Origin: an uncultured bacterium
Lineage (GTDB): Bacteria > Chlamydiota > Chlamydiia > Chlamydiales > Rhabdochlamydiaceae
Assembly (NCBI GenBank): GCA_964352505.1
Contig: CAYGSB010000007.1
Span: 32,293-96,292, forward strand
Length of the DNA stretch: 64,000 nucleotides
Direction of reading: 5' to 3'
Under the pieces are notes generated by a model that had not been told where the DNA came from, made no database searches, and was given only the letters and a program-made list of their open reading frames with translations. Of this stretch, positions 34,573 through 44,510 are shown in pieces (the stretch's first letter is position 1; each line of letters opens with the position of its first letter). The position numbers were made by a program, and so were the translations under genes.

Positions 34573-35288
34573 CGGACGTGAGAGGCTTTCTCTTCCTTTG
34601 TATTTTTCGATTCAACAGTGAGTGAATCGGATAGTTGTTCTTTCGGGGTGGTTGCTTTAACGATTTCAATTTCGAAGGCTAAAAGTGAATTAGGCGGCAG
34701 AAAACCCTGTGTGCCGTAACCATAATCGGGATGGATGTAGAGGGTTCGTTTTTCCCCTTCTTTCATTCCGACCAGTCCTTTCTGAAATCCTGCAATTGTT
34801 TCATCAAGTGAAATTGTCTCATCTTCCTTTGACTCGCCAAAGACAGTCCCATCTATGTACTTGCCGACATAACGAATGACCGGGTTGCTATGATCTTCGA
34901 CTTTAGCCCCTTTCCCCTGTTTTTCGACTTTATAGACAATTTTGCCTTCTTCTAGAGAGGTGAAGTTTTTGCACTTTGCTTTTTCTTGGAGAAAAGATTC
35001 GGCTTCGGCAAGATTGCTGCTTGATTTTTTCTTGAACGCAGCTTCTTGTACAGCTGAGATAGCTTCTATGCATTCTGCCTCAGTCATAGGGGAGTTTTTG
35101 CCGCTCGTAGCATCTTTAAGCCCTTTTACAACGAGTTCCATATCGAACTCAACGCCCAATGTGTCTATGTTTTTTCCAATCAGGTGTCCAAAGGCTTCTG
35201 AGATTTGAGAAATTTCCTTCTCCACTTCAGCACTTGCAAAGGCATAAAATGAGGATGAAAAGATAATTGCAAAAAGAATACTGCGCAT
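34569..35288 (-). CDS. mip: Mip-like FKBP-type peptidyl-prolyl isomerase, secreted
   Basis: Signal peptide MRSILFAIIFSSSFYAFASA and a C-terminal FKBP domain (GFQKGLVGMKEGEKRTLYIHPDYGYG). The ATG at 35288 has GGGAG upstream. The track starts at a TTG at 35309. Confidence 0.85.
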   Translation of the reverse strand: MRSILFAIIFSSSFYAFASAEVEKEISQISEAFGHLIGKNIDTLGVEFDMELVVKGLKDATSGKNSPMTEAECIEAISAVQEAAFKKKSSSNLAEAESFLQEKAKCKNFTSLEEGKIVYKVEKQGKGAKVEDHSNPVIRYVGKYIDGTVFGESKEDETISLDETIAGFQKGLVGMKEGEKRTLYIHPDYGYGTQGFLPPNSLLAFEIEIVKATTPKEQLSDSLTVESKNTKEEKASHVR

Positions 35289-35319
35289 AAAAAAGCTCCC
35301 GTTTTTCAACTAATCTAAC

Positions 35320-36606
35320 TTAGATTTGCTTTCTGAGCCAGGAAGAAATTTCTTCGAAAGGAACGGTCGTTTCCTCACGTGTGGCTAGATGTTTGATTTT
35401 AACAGATTTTTCGACTAACTCCTCGTCTCCAACGATGATGGCATAGGTAGAACCAAGATGAACCGCTTGCTCGAGAGACTTTCCAACTTTCTTCGAGTTG
35501 CAGTCAATTTCAGAGGGGATGTTTTGATGCCGGAGTTTGTAGACAAGTTCTATGCAGACCTCTTTCGCAGGATTTCCCATGGGGATAAGAAAAACTGTTG
35601 GGTGTGGTGGTGATGGGAGAGGGACGTTTTGCGCAAGCATTGTTTGTAAAATACGTTCTAGACCGGCTGCAAATCCGACAGAGGGGAGGTCAGGACCACC
35701 GAGTGTTGCCGTCAGCCCATCGTATCGGCCTCCTGCGCCGATAGCGTTTTGGGATCCGAGTTGTCCCGAAGTTACTTCAAAAACAGTTTTGGTGTAATAA
35801 TCTAGCCCCCGAACCAGTTTGGGGTTGATTACATAATCGATCCCTAGCTTGTCGAGAAGCTCTTGAACTCTTTCAAAATGTTCGCGCGCGTCTTTACTCA
35901 AAAATTCCAAAATCGAGGGAGCTCCTATAAGAAGTTTTTGATCGGTGGGATCTTTTGAGTCGAGGATGCGGAGGACATTTTTTTCGAAACGAACTTTGCT
36001 CTCTTCAGAAAGCTGGTCGATCTTAGGTTGAAGAAATGAGCGGAGCGCCTCTTTATACTCTTTACGGGATTGGCCATCACCTACAGAGTTGAGCATGACG
36101 CTCAGGTCCTTTAAGCCAAGTCTTCGATAAAGCTCACAGAGAAGGTCAATCACTTCGACATCCTGTTCTGGAGAGCCGTCCCCGATGGCTTCAACCCCAA
36201 ATTGGTGGTGCTGTCGATAGCGGCCGGCTTGAGGCCGTTCATAGCGGAACATCGGTCCAATGTAATAGAGTTTTTGTTTGCCCGGTTTTTGGTCGAGGTT
36301 TTTTTCGATGAATGATCGCATGACCGACGCAGTCCCTTCAGGGCGTAGCGTCATCGATCTTCCCGCTTTGTCTTCAAAGGTATACATCTCTTTTGTCACA
36401 ATGTCGGAGCTTTCTCCTACCCCGCGAATAAATAGCTCGGTCCGCTCAAATATTGGGGTCCGTATTTCTCTGTATCCATAGGCTTTGGCCAATGTGTGGA
36501 TGGTTTGCTCGAGAAATTGCCATAAATGGGTTGCCCGCCAGACCCCCTCGGGAGTCGGATCTTCAGGTAGTAGGTCAAAAGTTCCTTTAGCGATTGATTG
36601 TTTCAT
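35320..36606 (-). CDS. hisS: Histidine--tRNA ligase
   Basis: Class II motifs: LRPEGT, FRYERPQAGRYRQHHQ and GAGGRYDGL; 428 aa. Confidence 0.95.
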   Translation of the reverse strand: MKQSIAKGTFDLLPEDPTPEGVWRATHLWQFLEQTIHTLAKAYGYREIRTPIFERTELFIRGVGESSDIVTKEMYTFEDKAGRSMTLRPEGTASVMRSFIEKNLDQKPGKQKLYYIGPMFRYERPQAGRYRQHHQFGVEAIGDGSPEQDVEVIDLLCELYRRLGLKDLSVMLNSVGDGQSRKEYKEALRSFLQPKIDQLSEESKVRFEKNVLRILDSKDPTDQKLLIGAPSILEFLSKDAREHFERVQELLDKLGIDYVINPKLVRGLDYYTKTVFEVTSGQLGSQNAIGAGGRYDGLTATLGGPDLPSVGFAAGLERILQTMLAQNVPLPSPPHPTVFLIPMGNPAKEVCIELVYKLRHQNIPSEIDCNSKKVGKSLEQAVHLGSTYAIIVGDEELVEKSVKIKHLATREETTVPFEEISSWLRKQI

Positions 36607-36635
36607 CGAGCTAAATCATAAAAGAAAGGGGACTT

Positions 36636-37256
36636 TCAGGGTAGTTTAAATGGGATGTGTTTTTTTAAATTGGAGGTGACGATGTCGACGAGGTTTAGCC
36701 ACTCTGTAAGGGAACTTGTTTTGGGATCGGCGATGTGGTTTTTGTGGAGCGATTCTAGCATTTCCATAAAGGGGAAGGGTAGCCAGTCTTTTCCTGCATG
36801 TTGCAGTAGATAGTACCCAAAATGATGATCAGAGTCGGGAGGATAGTTTTTCACCTTACCCATCATTTCTCTAAACTGGGCGACATCTTGGAGGTTTTTT
36901 CTTTCGAGAACTTCAATGTTGTCGAAGTCTTCAAGGAGGAGGGACCAGATATTAGATAGTTCATCTGCATAACTTGCAGAATTGCTCAAATCTTGCTCGC
37001 AGAGTCTCTCTAGTATTTTTTTGAATTGCTGCAAATGTCCGATGATTGTTTGTTGATCGACAATTTTCCCAGCAAACTTTTTTGATGGAGAAAAGCTATC
37101 AAACATTTTTTTTAAGTAGGAGAAAAAAGTTGCCAGAAGGACTTTTTCCTCTTCATTAGGGGGCTCTTTGGAATATTTGCCCTTCTCCTTCTTATCTCTC
37201 TCAATCCGAGAGGAATAGACCCCGTCATCTCGTGGGCGCTCTGTCCTTTCTACCAT
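36636..37256 (-). CDS. Hypothetical protein with a charged low-complexity N-terminus
   Basis: ORF only. I prefer the ATG at 37256 (MVERTERPRDDG...) to the TTG at 37313. No family recognised. Confidence 0.5.
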   Translation of the reverse strand: MVERTERPRDDGVYSSRIERDKKEKGKYSKEPPNEEEKVLLATFFSYLKKMFDSFSPSKKFAGKIVDQQTIIGHLQQFKKILERLCEQDLSNSASYADELSNIWSLLLEDFDNIEVLERKNLQDVAQFREMMGKVKNYPPDSDHHFGYYLLQHAGKDWLPFPFMEMLESLHKNHIADPKTSSLTEWLNLVDIVTSNLKKHIPFKLP

Positions 37257-37380
37257 TTCCGTTTTTCCTTGCTCTTTTCCCCTATTATATAAAAATTTTA
37301 CTATCAATATCAAGTCCCAATTTGATTGACATTCACCCTTTTTTTAGGTACGATTGACAATCTGCATAGGAGCAAAATGT

Positions 37381-38757
37381 ATGAAATTTCTCTCCTTTTT
37401 CAAGCCATCTGCTCCTAAAGAGGAGATGCAGGACGCAGGCGCTGTAAAAAAACATTATAAGTATTGGCGTTGGCGTACCTTTTACGGGATGTACATTGGA
37501 TACATCTTCTATTACTTCTCCCGTAAGTCTTTGACTTTTGCTATGCCTTCGATGATGACCGAATTAGGCTTTACAAAAGGAGACTTAGGGATACTCATCA
37601 GTATTCTTTCTGTAGCCTATGGTGCAAGTAAATTTTTGAGTGGGGTCCTCTCTGATCGGGCTAATCCCCGCTATTTTATGGGGATAGGCCTGATTGTCAC
37701 TGGAATACTCAATATTTTCTTTGGGATGTCCTCTTCTATCCTGTTTTTCGCGATATTTTGGGGTTTGAACGGCTATTTTCAAGGGTTTGGCTGGCCCCCT
37801 TGCGCTAGGCTCCTTACCCATTGGTATTCGCAAAAAGAGAGGGGGACCTGGTGGGGTTTCTGGAATACTTCCCATAGCGTAGGAGGGGCCTTAATTCCCC
37901 TTATTGCTGCATTCTGTGCGCAGATGTGGGGCTGGCGTTTTGCGATGTATGTTCCGGGTGCTTTATGTATTTTAGCCGGCCTTTTTGTCATAAATCGTCT
38001 CCGCGACACCCCCCAGTCCCTTGGACTCCCCCCTATTGAAAAATACAAGAACGATTATCCTGATGAGAAGAATGAGCCCGAAAATGATCTATCGGCTAAG
38101 CAAATACTATTTAAACATGTGTTGAAGAATAAATTTATTTGGCTTCTAGCCGCTTCCTACTTTTTCGTATATATCATCCGGATGGCCATCAACGAATGGG
38201 GAGCGCTATTCTTAATTGAAACAAAAAACTACTCGATGCTCACCGCTGGAGCCTGTGTATTTTGGTTTGAAATAGGGGGAATTTTTGGCAGTTTGACAGC
38301 AGGATGGGCCTCGGATAAAATCTTTGGAGGGCGGCGCGGTCCTGTGAATGTTCTCTTTAGCCTGGCTGTCATTTTTGCTGTCGCTGCCTTTTGGTTTTCC
38401 CCGGCTGGTGCAATTGCTCTTGATTCGATCCTCATGTTTTCGATTGGATTTCTGATTTTCGGCCCCCAAATGCTCATTGGAATGGTGGCAGCAGAGCTAG
38501 CAGGGAAGAAGGCTGCCGGCTCAGCTACCGGTTTTGTTGGGCTTATTGCCTATATTGGAGCGGCTACTGCCGGCTATCCGCTCGGGAAGATTTGTCATGA
38601 ATTTGGCTGGTCAGGGTTTTTCTTATCCGTTGGCGTATGCGGAATCTTATCAACGCTTCTTCTTATTCCTCTTTGGAAAACAGGGGGTAGGCAAAAGAGT
38701 GAAGAGCCTATCGAATACTATGAAGAAGATGGTCTAGAAACCGAAACCACGAACTAG
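37381..38757 (+). CDS. uhpC: Hexose-phosphate transporter, MFS organophosphate:Pi antiporter family
   Basis: YKYWRWRTFYGMYIGYIFYYFSRKS and DKIFGGRRGP; 12-TM MFS. The ATG at 37381 has AGGAG upstream; the track start is a TTG at 37354. Confidence 0.88.
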   Translation: MKFLSFFKPSAPKEEMQDAGAVKKHYKYWRWRTFYGMYIGYIFYYFSRKSLTFAMPSMMTELGFTKGDLGILISILSVAYGASKFLSGVLSDRANPRYFMGIGLIVTGILNIFFGMSSSILFFAIFWGLNGYFQGFGWPPCARLLTHWYSQKERGTWWGFWNTSHSVGGALIPLIAAFCAQMWGWRFAMYVPGALCILAGLFVINRLRDTPQSLGLPPIEKYKNDYPDEKNEPENDLSAKQILFKHVLKNKFIWLLAASYFFVYIIRMAINEWGALFLIETKNYSMLTAGACVFWFEIGGIFGSLTAGWASDKIFGGRRGPVNVLFSLAVIFAVAAFWFSPAGAIALDSILMFSIGFLIFGPQMLIGMVAAELAGKKAAGSATGFVGLIAYIGAATAGYPLGKICHEFGWSGFFLSVGVCGILSTLLLIPLWKTGGRQKSEEPIEYYEEDGLETETTN

Positions 38758-38794
38758 TTGTTGCTTTTTTGAAATTCTGCTAGTCTCCTGACTC

Positions 38795-41700
38795 ATGTCT
38801 TGGGTCTCATTGCACACACACTCTCAATTTTCGATTCTCGATTCGACAGCCTCTGTCAAAGATTTGGCAGCAAAGGGGGCCGCGTATCAGATGCCAGCCT
38901 TGGCGTTGACCGATCAAGGAAACTTACACGGCGCTGTTGAATTTTATAAAGAAGCTGCTGCTCAAGGGATCAAACCAATCATTGGATGCGAGCTTTACAT
39001 TGCACCCCAATCCCGTTTTGATAAAATGCGGATCAGCGGTCACCGTCCTGGATATCCAATTGTTTTACTCGCAAAAGACAGGGATGGATATAAGAACCTG
39101 TGCAAGCTCAGTTCGTCAGCCTATCTAGACGGGTTTTACTATACTCCCCGGATTGATAAAGAACTCCTCTCCGCACATGCAAAAGGGCTCATTTGCCTAT
39201 CTGGTCCTATGCGGGGGCGGATTGCCGATTTGATTGTCCAAGAAGATGAGGAAGGACTCCAAGCTGAAATCGATTACTACCTCGATCTCTTTGGCGAGGA
39301 TTTTTACTTTGAACTTACCCGTCATCGAATGAGTGAAGAAAAAATGCGCGAAGACGGGATGGATCGGGAGTCTTGGCTTTGGCAGGAATCGGTAAACTTT
39401 CAGGAAAAGCAAGAGCGGGTTTTTAACCGACTGGTAGCCCTTTCCAGTGAAAGAGGAATCAATGCTGTAGCAGCAAATGATTCTCGTTACATCCAGCGAA
39501 GCGATTGGCGGGCACACGAAGTTTTGATGAATATCTCTTCAGGAGAGCCCTGCGAAATCTGGGAGCGCGATGCTCAAGGGAACCCAAAAAATCGCGTCCT
39601 CAATCCAAAACGGAAAGTTCAGCTGACCCATGAGCTCTATTTCAAATCTCCCGAAGAAATGGTTGAGTTATTTGCTGACTTCCCTCAGGCCATTAGTGAG
39701 ACCCTCAAAGTGGCAGAAAAATGCCAGTTTGAAATGGATTTTACATCCAAATACTATCCTGTCTTTATCCCTCCCCATTTAGAGGAAACGAAATACACAG
39801 CAGACGAGCGTAAAGAGGCCGCGGAAGATTTCTTGCGAAACCTCTGTGAAGAGGGGATAGTAAAGCGCTACACAGAAGCCGCCCTTGCAAAAGTTGCTGA
39901 AAAATATCCGGGAAAGGAACCGATCCAAGTCGTTCGGGAGCGTGTTTCTTATGAACTAGACCTGATCATCTCCAAAGGACTTGGAGACTACCTTCTGATT
40001 GTTTACGACTTTATCGCCTGGGCGAAAAAGCAGGGGATACCCGTTGGACCCGGTCGAGGTTCGGGAGCTGGATCGATCGTTTGCTTTCTGACCGGGATTA
40101 CCGATATTGAACCCCTCCGGTTCAACCTCTTCTTCGAGCGGTTCATCAATCCAGAGAGGGTTTCTTACCCCGATATTGACGTCGATATCTGTATGGATAG
40201 GCGATCAGAGGTGATCGAGTATACCATCCAAAAATATGGGAAAGACAATGTAGCTCAGATCATCACTTTTGGTACGATGAAGGCCAAAATGGCCATTAAA
40301 GACGTAGGGAGAGTCTTGAGTATCCCTCTTGCGAAGGTCAATGGGATCGCAAAACTTATCCCTGAAGACCCAACGATGACGATCGATCGAGCTCTTGAGC
40401 TAGACCCGGAGCTTTCTCAGATGTACAAAACGGATGAGGAGACGGGGCGGCTGATAGATCTTGCCAAGACCCTTGAAGGATCTGTGCGTAATACAGGGAT
40501 CCATGCGGCTGGATTGATCATCTCTGCCGATCCATTGATGGAACATATACCCGTCTGCAACGCAAAAGATGCAAATGTTGTGGTCACCCAGTATGCGATG
40601 AAGCCGGTCGAAGCTGTCGGGATGCTGAAAATTGACTTCCTTGGACTCAAAACTCTCACAGCGATTCAGCTAGCCGCTGATGCTATTTCGGAAACGGAAG
40701 ATATAAGAATCAATTGGATTGAGCTTCCACTCGATGATAAACCGACCTTTGATCTCCTCAATCAAGGGCGGACTCTTGGTATCTTCCAGCTCGAATCGAG
40801 TGGAATGCAGGAGCTTGCCAAGCAACTTCACATCGACCGTTTTGAAGAAATCATCGCCGTCGGCGCTCTATACCGCCCAGGCCCTATGGAAATGATTCCC
40901 TCTTTCATCAATCGAAAGCATGGCCGTGAAAAAATTGATTTCGATCATCCTACGATGAAAGACATTCTTGAAGAGACCTATGGAATCATGGTCTACCAGG
41001 AACAGGTGATGATGATGGCCCAAAAGCTCGCTGGATATAGTCTTGGTGCGGGTGATGTCCTCCGAAAAGCAATGGGGAAAAAAGATCAAGAAGAGATGGC
41101 TCGTCAACGGGTGAAGTTTAGGGAAGGGGCCAAAGAAAATGGAATCGAAGAGGCCATCTCAATGGCTATCTTCGACAAAGTCGAGAAATTTGCTTCTTAC
41201 GGATTTAACAAATCACACGCTGCAGCCTATGGCTATTTGAGTTACGTCACTTCGTACTTCAAGGCGAACTATCCGTCTCATTGGATGGCTTCTTTGATGA
41301 CCACCGATCGGGATGACTTGACGAAAGTCACGAAAATTATCCGTGAGTGTCAAGCGATGCAAATCGCAATTCTTCCTCCAGATGTAAATGAGTCGGGGAG
41401 TGCTTTTGTCGCAACGAAAAAAGGGATCCGTTTCGCTATGACAGCAGTGAAAGGGGTCGGCCAAGGTGTTGTCGAAGCTATTGTCGATCAGCGGGGCAAA
41501 AATGGAAAGTTTTCAACCCTTTACGATTTTATCAAGCGAATTGATACGCAAAAAGTCGGGAAAAAAATGATCGAATGTCTCATCGGAGCCGGGGCTTTTG
41601 ATTTTACAGATTGGAATCGTGCACAACTTCTCGCAAGTGTAGAACCGATGTATCAAATCGCACAAAAAGAGCAAAAAGAAGAGGCCCGCGGCGAACTAAA

Positions 41701-42529
41701 CTTCTTTTCTCTCATTGAACAGGAGGATAACCGTTTTGATGCTCCCCCAGAAGTTCCTCTCCTTACAAAAATGGATATCCTTCGGAAAGAAAAAGAGCTT
41801 TTGGGTTTCTATCTTACAGGACACCCTCTCGATGATTTCCGCGATAGACTGAGTCAGCTTTCCTGTGTAGGGCTAGACCAACTCGACAAATTGGAAAAAG
41901 GGGCAATTTTTCGCGCTGCGTTTGTGATAGAAGGGGTCAATGTACGGCTGACAAATCGAACAGGTAAAAAGTTTGCTATCTTAATCATCGGTGATCAGGA
42001 TATCCGTCTAGAGCTACCCGTCTGGTCTGATATTTTTGAGGAAAATGTCCATCTCCTTGTTGAAAATCAGCTCATCTATTCCGTCCTTCAAGCAGATAGG
42101 GACGAAGATGGAGCTCTTCGGCTCCAATGCCGCTGGATAGATGACTTAACCAGAGTGGATGAGCAAATGCTCAAAGATTGTGATCTAGCCTATGACAAGG
42201 CGAGGGTCCAAGCAAAAATGTCTGCGATGCGCAAAGCCAATCCGAAAGACTCCCGTAGAGAGAAAAAACCTAAGCAGGAAGAAAAAATGCGAACGCTAAT
42301 TATTAGGGTAGATGCAAAAAAAACACGCCTCTCGCACATTCTAGAAATCAAAGAAATTTTTGGAAATGAAACAGGGAAATCAGCTGTTGAATTAGAGTTT
42401 CTTGACGAGAATCGAAAAGTTGGAAAAATTTCTATAGACCCCAGCTTGGGAGTCAACCTTACGCAAGAACTTAAGCAGCATCTTGAGAAGTTGCCTGTTG
42501 TGATTGACATCTTGGCGGAATCCCGATAA
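38795..42529 (+). CDS. dnaE: DNA polymerase III alpha subunit
   Basis: 1244 aa with an N-terminal PHP domain (VSLHTHSQFSILDS) and the GPGRGSGAGSIV palm motif. Confidence 0.95.
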   Translation: MSWVSLHTHSQFSILDSTASVKDLAAKGAAYQMPALALTDQGNLHGAVEFYKEAAAQGIKPIIGCELYIAPQSRFDKMRISGHRPGYPIVLLAKDRDGYKNLCKLSSSAYLDGFYYTPRIDKELLSAHAKGLICLSGPMRGRIADLIVQEDEEGLQAEIDYYLDLFGEDFYFELTRHRMSEEKMREDGMDRESWLWQESVNFQEKQERVFNRLVALSSERGINAVAANDSRYIQRSDWRAHEVLMNISSGEPCEIWERDAQGNPKNRVLNPKRKVQLTHELYFKSPEEMVELFADFPQAISETLKVAEKCQFEMDFTSKYYPVFIPPHLEETKYTADERKEAAEDFLRNLCEEGIVKRYTEAALAKVAEKYPGKEPIQVVRERVSYELDLIISKGLGDYLLIVYDFIAWAKKQGIPVGPGRGSGAGSIVCFLTGITDIEPLRFNLFFERFINPERVSYPDIDVDICMDRRSEVIEYTIQKYGKDNVAQIITFGTMKAKMAIKDVGRVLSIPLAKVNGIAKLIPEDPTMTIDRALELDPELSQMYKTDEETGRLIDLAKTLEGSVRNTGIHAAGLIISADPLMEHIPVCNAKDANVVVTQYAMKPVEAVGMLKIDFLGLKTLTAIQLAADAISETEDIRINWIELPLDDKPTFDLLNQGRTLGIFQLESSGMQELAKQLHIDRFEEIIAVGALYRPGPMEMIPSFINRKHGREKIDFDHPTMKDILEETYGIMVYQEQVMMMAQKLAGYSLGAGDVLRKAMGKKDQEEMARQRVKFREGAKENGIEEAISMAIFDKVEKFASYGFNKSHAAAYGYLSYVTSYFKANYPSHWMASLMTTDRDDLTKVTKIIRECQAMQIAILPPDVNESGSAFVATKKGIRFAMTAVKGVGQGVVEAIVDQRGKNGKFSTLYDFIKRIDTQKVGKKMIECLIGAGAFDFTDWNRAQLLASVEPMYQIAQKEQKEEARGELNFFSLIEQEDNRFDAPPEVPLLTKMDILRKEKELLGFYLTGHPLDDFRDRLSQLSCVGLDQLDKLEKGAIFRAAFVIEGVNVRLTNRTGKKFAILIIGDQDIRLELPVWSDIFEENVHLLVENQLIYSVLQADRDEDGALRLQCRWIDDLTRVDEQMLKDCDLAYDKARVQAKMSAMRKANPKDSRREKKPKQEEKMRTLIIRVDAKKTRLSHILEIKEIFGNETGKSAVELEFLDENRKVGKISIDPSLGVNLTQELKQHLEKLPVVIDILAESR

Positions 42530-42543
42530 CATTTATAGGTATT

Positions 42544-43512
42544 ATGCGACGAATAATTACTCTTTTTTTGACTGCATCCATCTTCTGCTTTTCCGACTAT
42601 ACCTTAAAAGACGGAAAGCTCGTTGAGCGAAAGCAAGTTGCCACGAAATCTGCTCCTGAACACCACAGCACGCTCTTGGATTTCTACCAGAGCAAAGATT
42701 GGGCAAAACTCGAAAAAGAAGCTACGGTCGTCATCAAGAACTTTTCTCCTTCTCCCTTTGCTCGTGACGCGGTCTACTTTTTAGGCGTTGCCTACTTCCA
42801 TCAGGAAGATTACGAGATGTCGAACTATCAGCTCACCGACTATCTAACAAGTCAATCTACTCCAAAATATTTTGAGGAAGCCATCCAATATAAGTTTGAA
42901 ATTGCTGAAAAATTTCGCCAAGGGGCTCGCGCCCACATCATGGGATTCAAAAGCATGCCTAAGTGGATACCCGCTCATTCCCAGGCAATTTCCATTTATG
43001 ACGAAGTCATTTCAGCCCTACCCCATCATGATCTTGCCGCTCATTCTCTTTATGGCAAGGCTCTGGTACACGGGAAAAACGAAGATTGGCGTTCATCAAT
43101 TGAGTCTTACCAAACTTTGATTCGTCGCTTCCCCAAGCATCCTCTAGCTATTGAGAGCTTCATCGGAATCGGAGATGTATATCTTCAACAGTCAGAAAGC
43201 GAGTTTCCAGATCCAGACCTTCTCGATCTCGCTGAATTGAACTTGCGCAAGTTCCGGAGTGCTTTCCCTAGAGAAGAAAAGGTTGCTGTTGCTGAAACGA
43301 CCTACTCCAAAATGCGCGATGAGTATGCCCTTAGCCTCTTTGAAACAGCTCGTTTTTATGAGCGGACAAAGAAACTCGGAGCTGCCAAAATTTATTACTC
43401 GAAGATCATGAGTAATTATCCTACTTCCTACGTTTCTGTCAAAAGTCAGGAACGGCTGGAAATCGTCCAAGAAAAACTCGACAAAATTGAAGCTCGTAAA
43501 GGGAGAAAATGA
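42544..43512 (+). CDS. TPR-repeat outer-membrane assembly factor, BamD (YfiO)-like
   Basis: Signal peptide, then repeated TPR-like helices with the typical ...FP.HPLA... and ...YP.S... spacing. Confidence 0.55.
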   Translation: MRRIITLFLTASIFCFSDYTLKDGKLVERKQVATKSAPEHHSTLLDFYQSKDWAKLEKEATVVIKNFSPSPFARDAVYFLGVAYFHQEDYEMSNYQLTDYLTSQSTPKYFEEAIQYKFEIAEKFRQGARAHIMGFKSMPKWIPAHSQAISIYDEVISALPHHDLAAHSLYGKALVHGKNEDWRSSIESYQTLIRRFPKHPLAIESFIGIGDVYLQQSESEFPDPDLLDLAELNLRKFRSAFPREEKVAVAETTYSKMRDEYALSLFETARFYERTKKLGAAKIYYSKIMSNYPTSYVSVKSQERLEIVQEKLDKIEARKGRK

Positions 43513-44105
43513 AACCCTTCTTTGCCCTCCTCGGACTCATCCTTTTGTGTGGATGTGGGTATCGGTATGATGGACAGGACAAGGTTTCTGTTTGTGTCCC
43601 CTATGTTGTTGGTGACTTTGAAGGCGAGCTAACCGATGCGATTATAGAGGCTCTATCTCAAACCGCTAATTTCCGATACACTAGGGGTGATGGAGATTGG
43701 ATTCTTAAGGCAAATGTAAAAGGAGCAAAAAACGATAGGATTGGCTATCGCCGGGATCGTCGGGATAAAAGCGGAAAGCGGCGAAGGAATGTTATCGGTA
43801 CTGAAAACCGGCAGGCAATTTCAGTAGAAATTTCTATTGTCAATGCGACGACGGGGAAACTAATTTTAGGTCCCCAGACGATCAGGGCAGATGCTGATTA
43901 TGACTACGTCGACCCCAATTCGCTTCAGGACCTCTCATTCATCGATCCTGCGACAGGAAACCGAACTACATCGATCGCATTTTCGCTCGGTCAGCTCGAT
44001 AGCGTAGGTTCTGCTGGCCAAGATGCCATCTACCCAATTTATAAGCGTCTTGCACAAAAAATCGTTGATGGTATGATCGCATCAAGCGATGAAAAAAACG
44101 AATAA
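43509..44105 (+). CDS. Lipoprotein, possibly LptE-like
   Basis: Lipobox LLCGC in MKPFFALLGLILLCGCGYRYDG. Size (198 aa) and the post-Cys GYR motif are reminiscent of LptE. Its start overlaps the upstream gene by 4 nt. Confidence 0.45.
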   Translation: MKPFFALLGLILLCGCGYRYDGQDKVSVCVPYVVGDFEGELTDAIIEALSQTANFRYTRGDGDWILKANVKGAKNDRIGYRRDRRDKSGKRRRNVIGTENRQAISVEISIVNATTGKLILGPQTIRADADYDYVDPNSLQDLSFIDPATGNRTTSIAFSLGQLDSVGSAGQDAIYPIYKRLAQKIVDGMIASSDEKNE

Positions 44106-44496
44106 ACCCTTTCCGGCTACTCTAACTCATCTTCCGAAGATAATGTCATGGGTGCGCCTCCATATTGAAAAAACAACTCTAAGTTCAACAGAAAAAAAGC
44201 AGGTAGAGCTCGCCCTTGAAGAGGCGATCGTCAACATCATCAAGCACGCAGATGTTGAAAAAGAGTTCAGCTTATCATGTACACTTGAGCCGAAGAGGCA
44301 GATCGAGTTTATCCTTACAGATCCGGGAAAGCCCTTCAACCCACTTGTTCAAAAAAGTCGACTCGACCCAGAAGCTCCCTTACATGAGCGTAATGAGGGG
44401 GGGCTTGGGATCGTTTTTATGAAAAAATATATGGACGGTGTTCTCTACCGGCGTGAGGAGGACCAAAACATCCTCACTCTGATAAAAAATCTTTAG
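44089..44496 (+). CDS. rsbW: Anti-sigma-factor serine kinase, RsbW/SpoIIAB family
   Basis: HATPase_c boxes: EEAIVNIIKHA (N box), DPGKPFNP and GGLGIVFMKK; 135 aa. It overlaps the lipoprotein gene by 17 nt. Confidence 0.8.
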   Translation: MKKTNKPFPATLTHLPKIMSWVRLHIEKTTLSSTEKKQVELALEEAIVNIIKHADVEKEFSLSCTLEPKRQIEFILTDPGKPFNPLVQKSRLDPEAPLHERNEGGLGIVFMKKYMDGVLYRREEDQNILTLIKNL

Positions 44497-44510
44497 AGAA
44501 GGTCTCTTCA

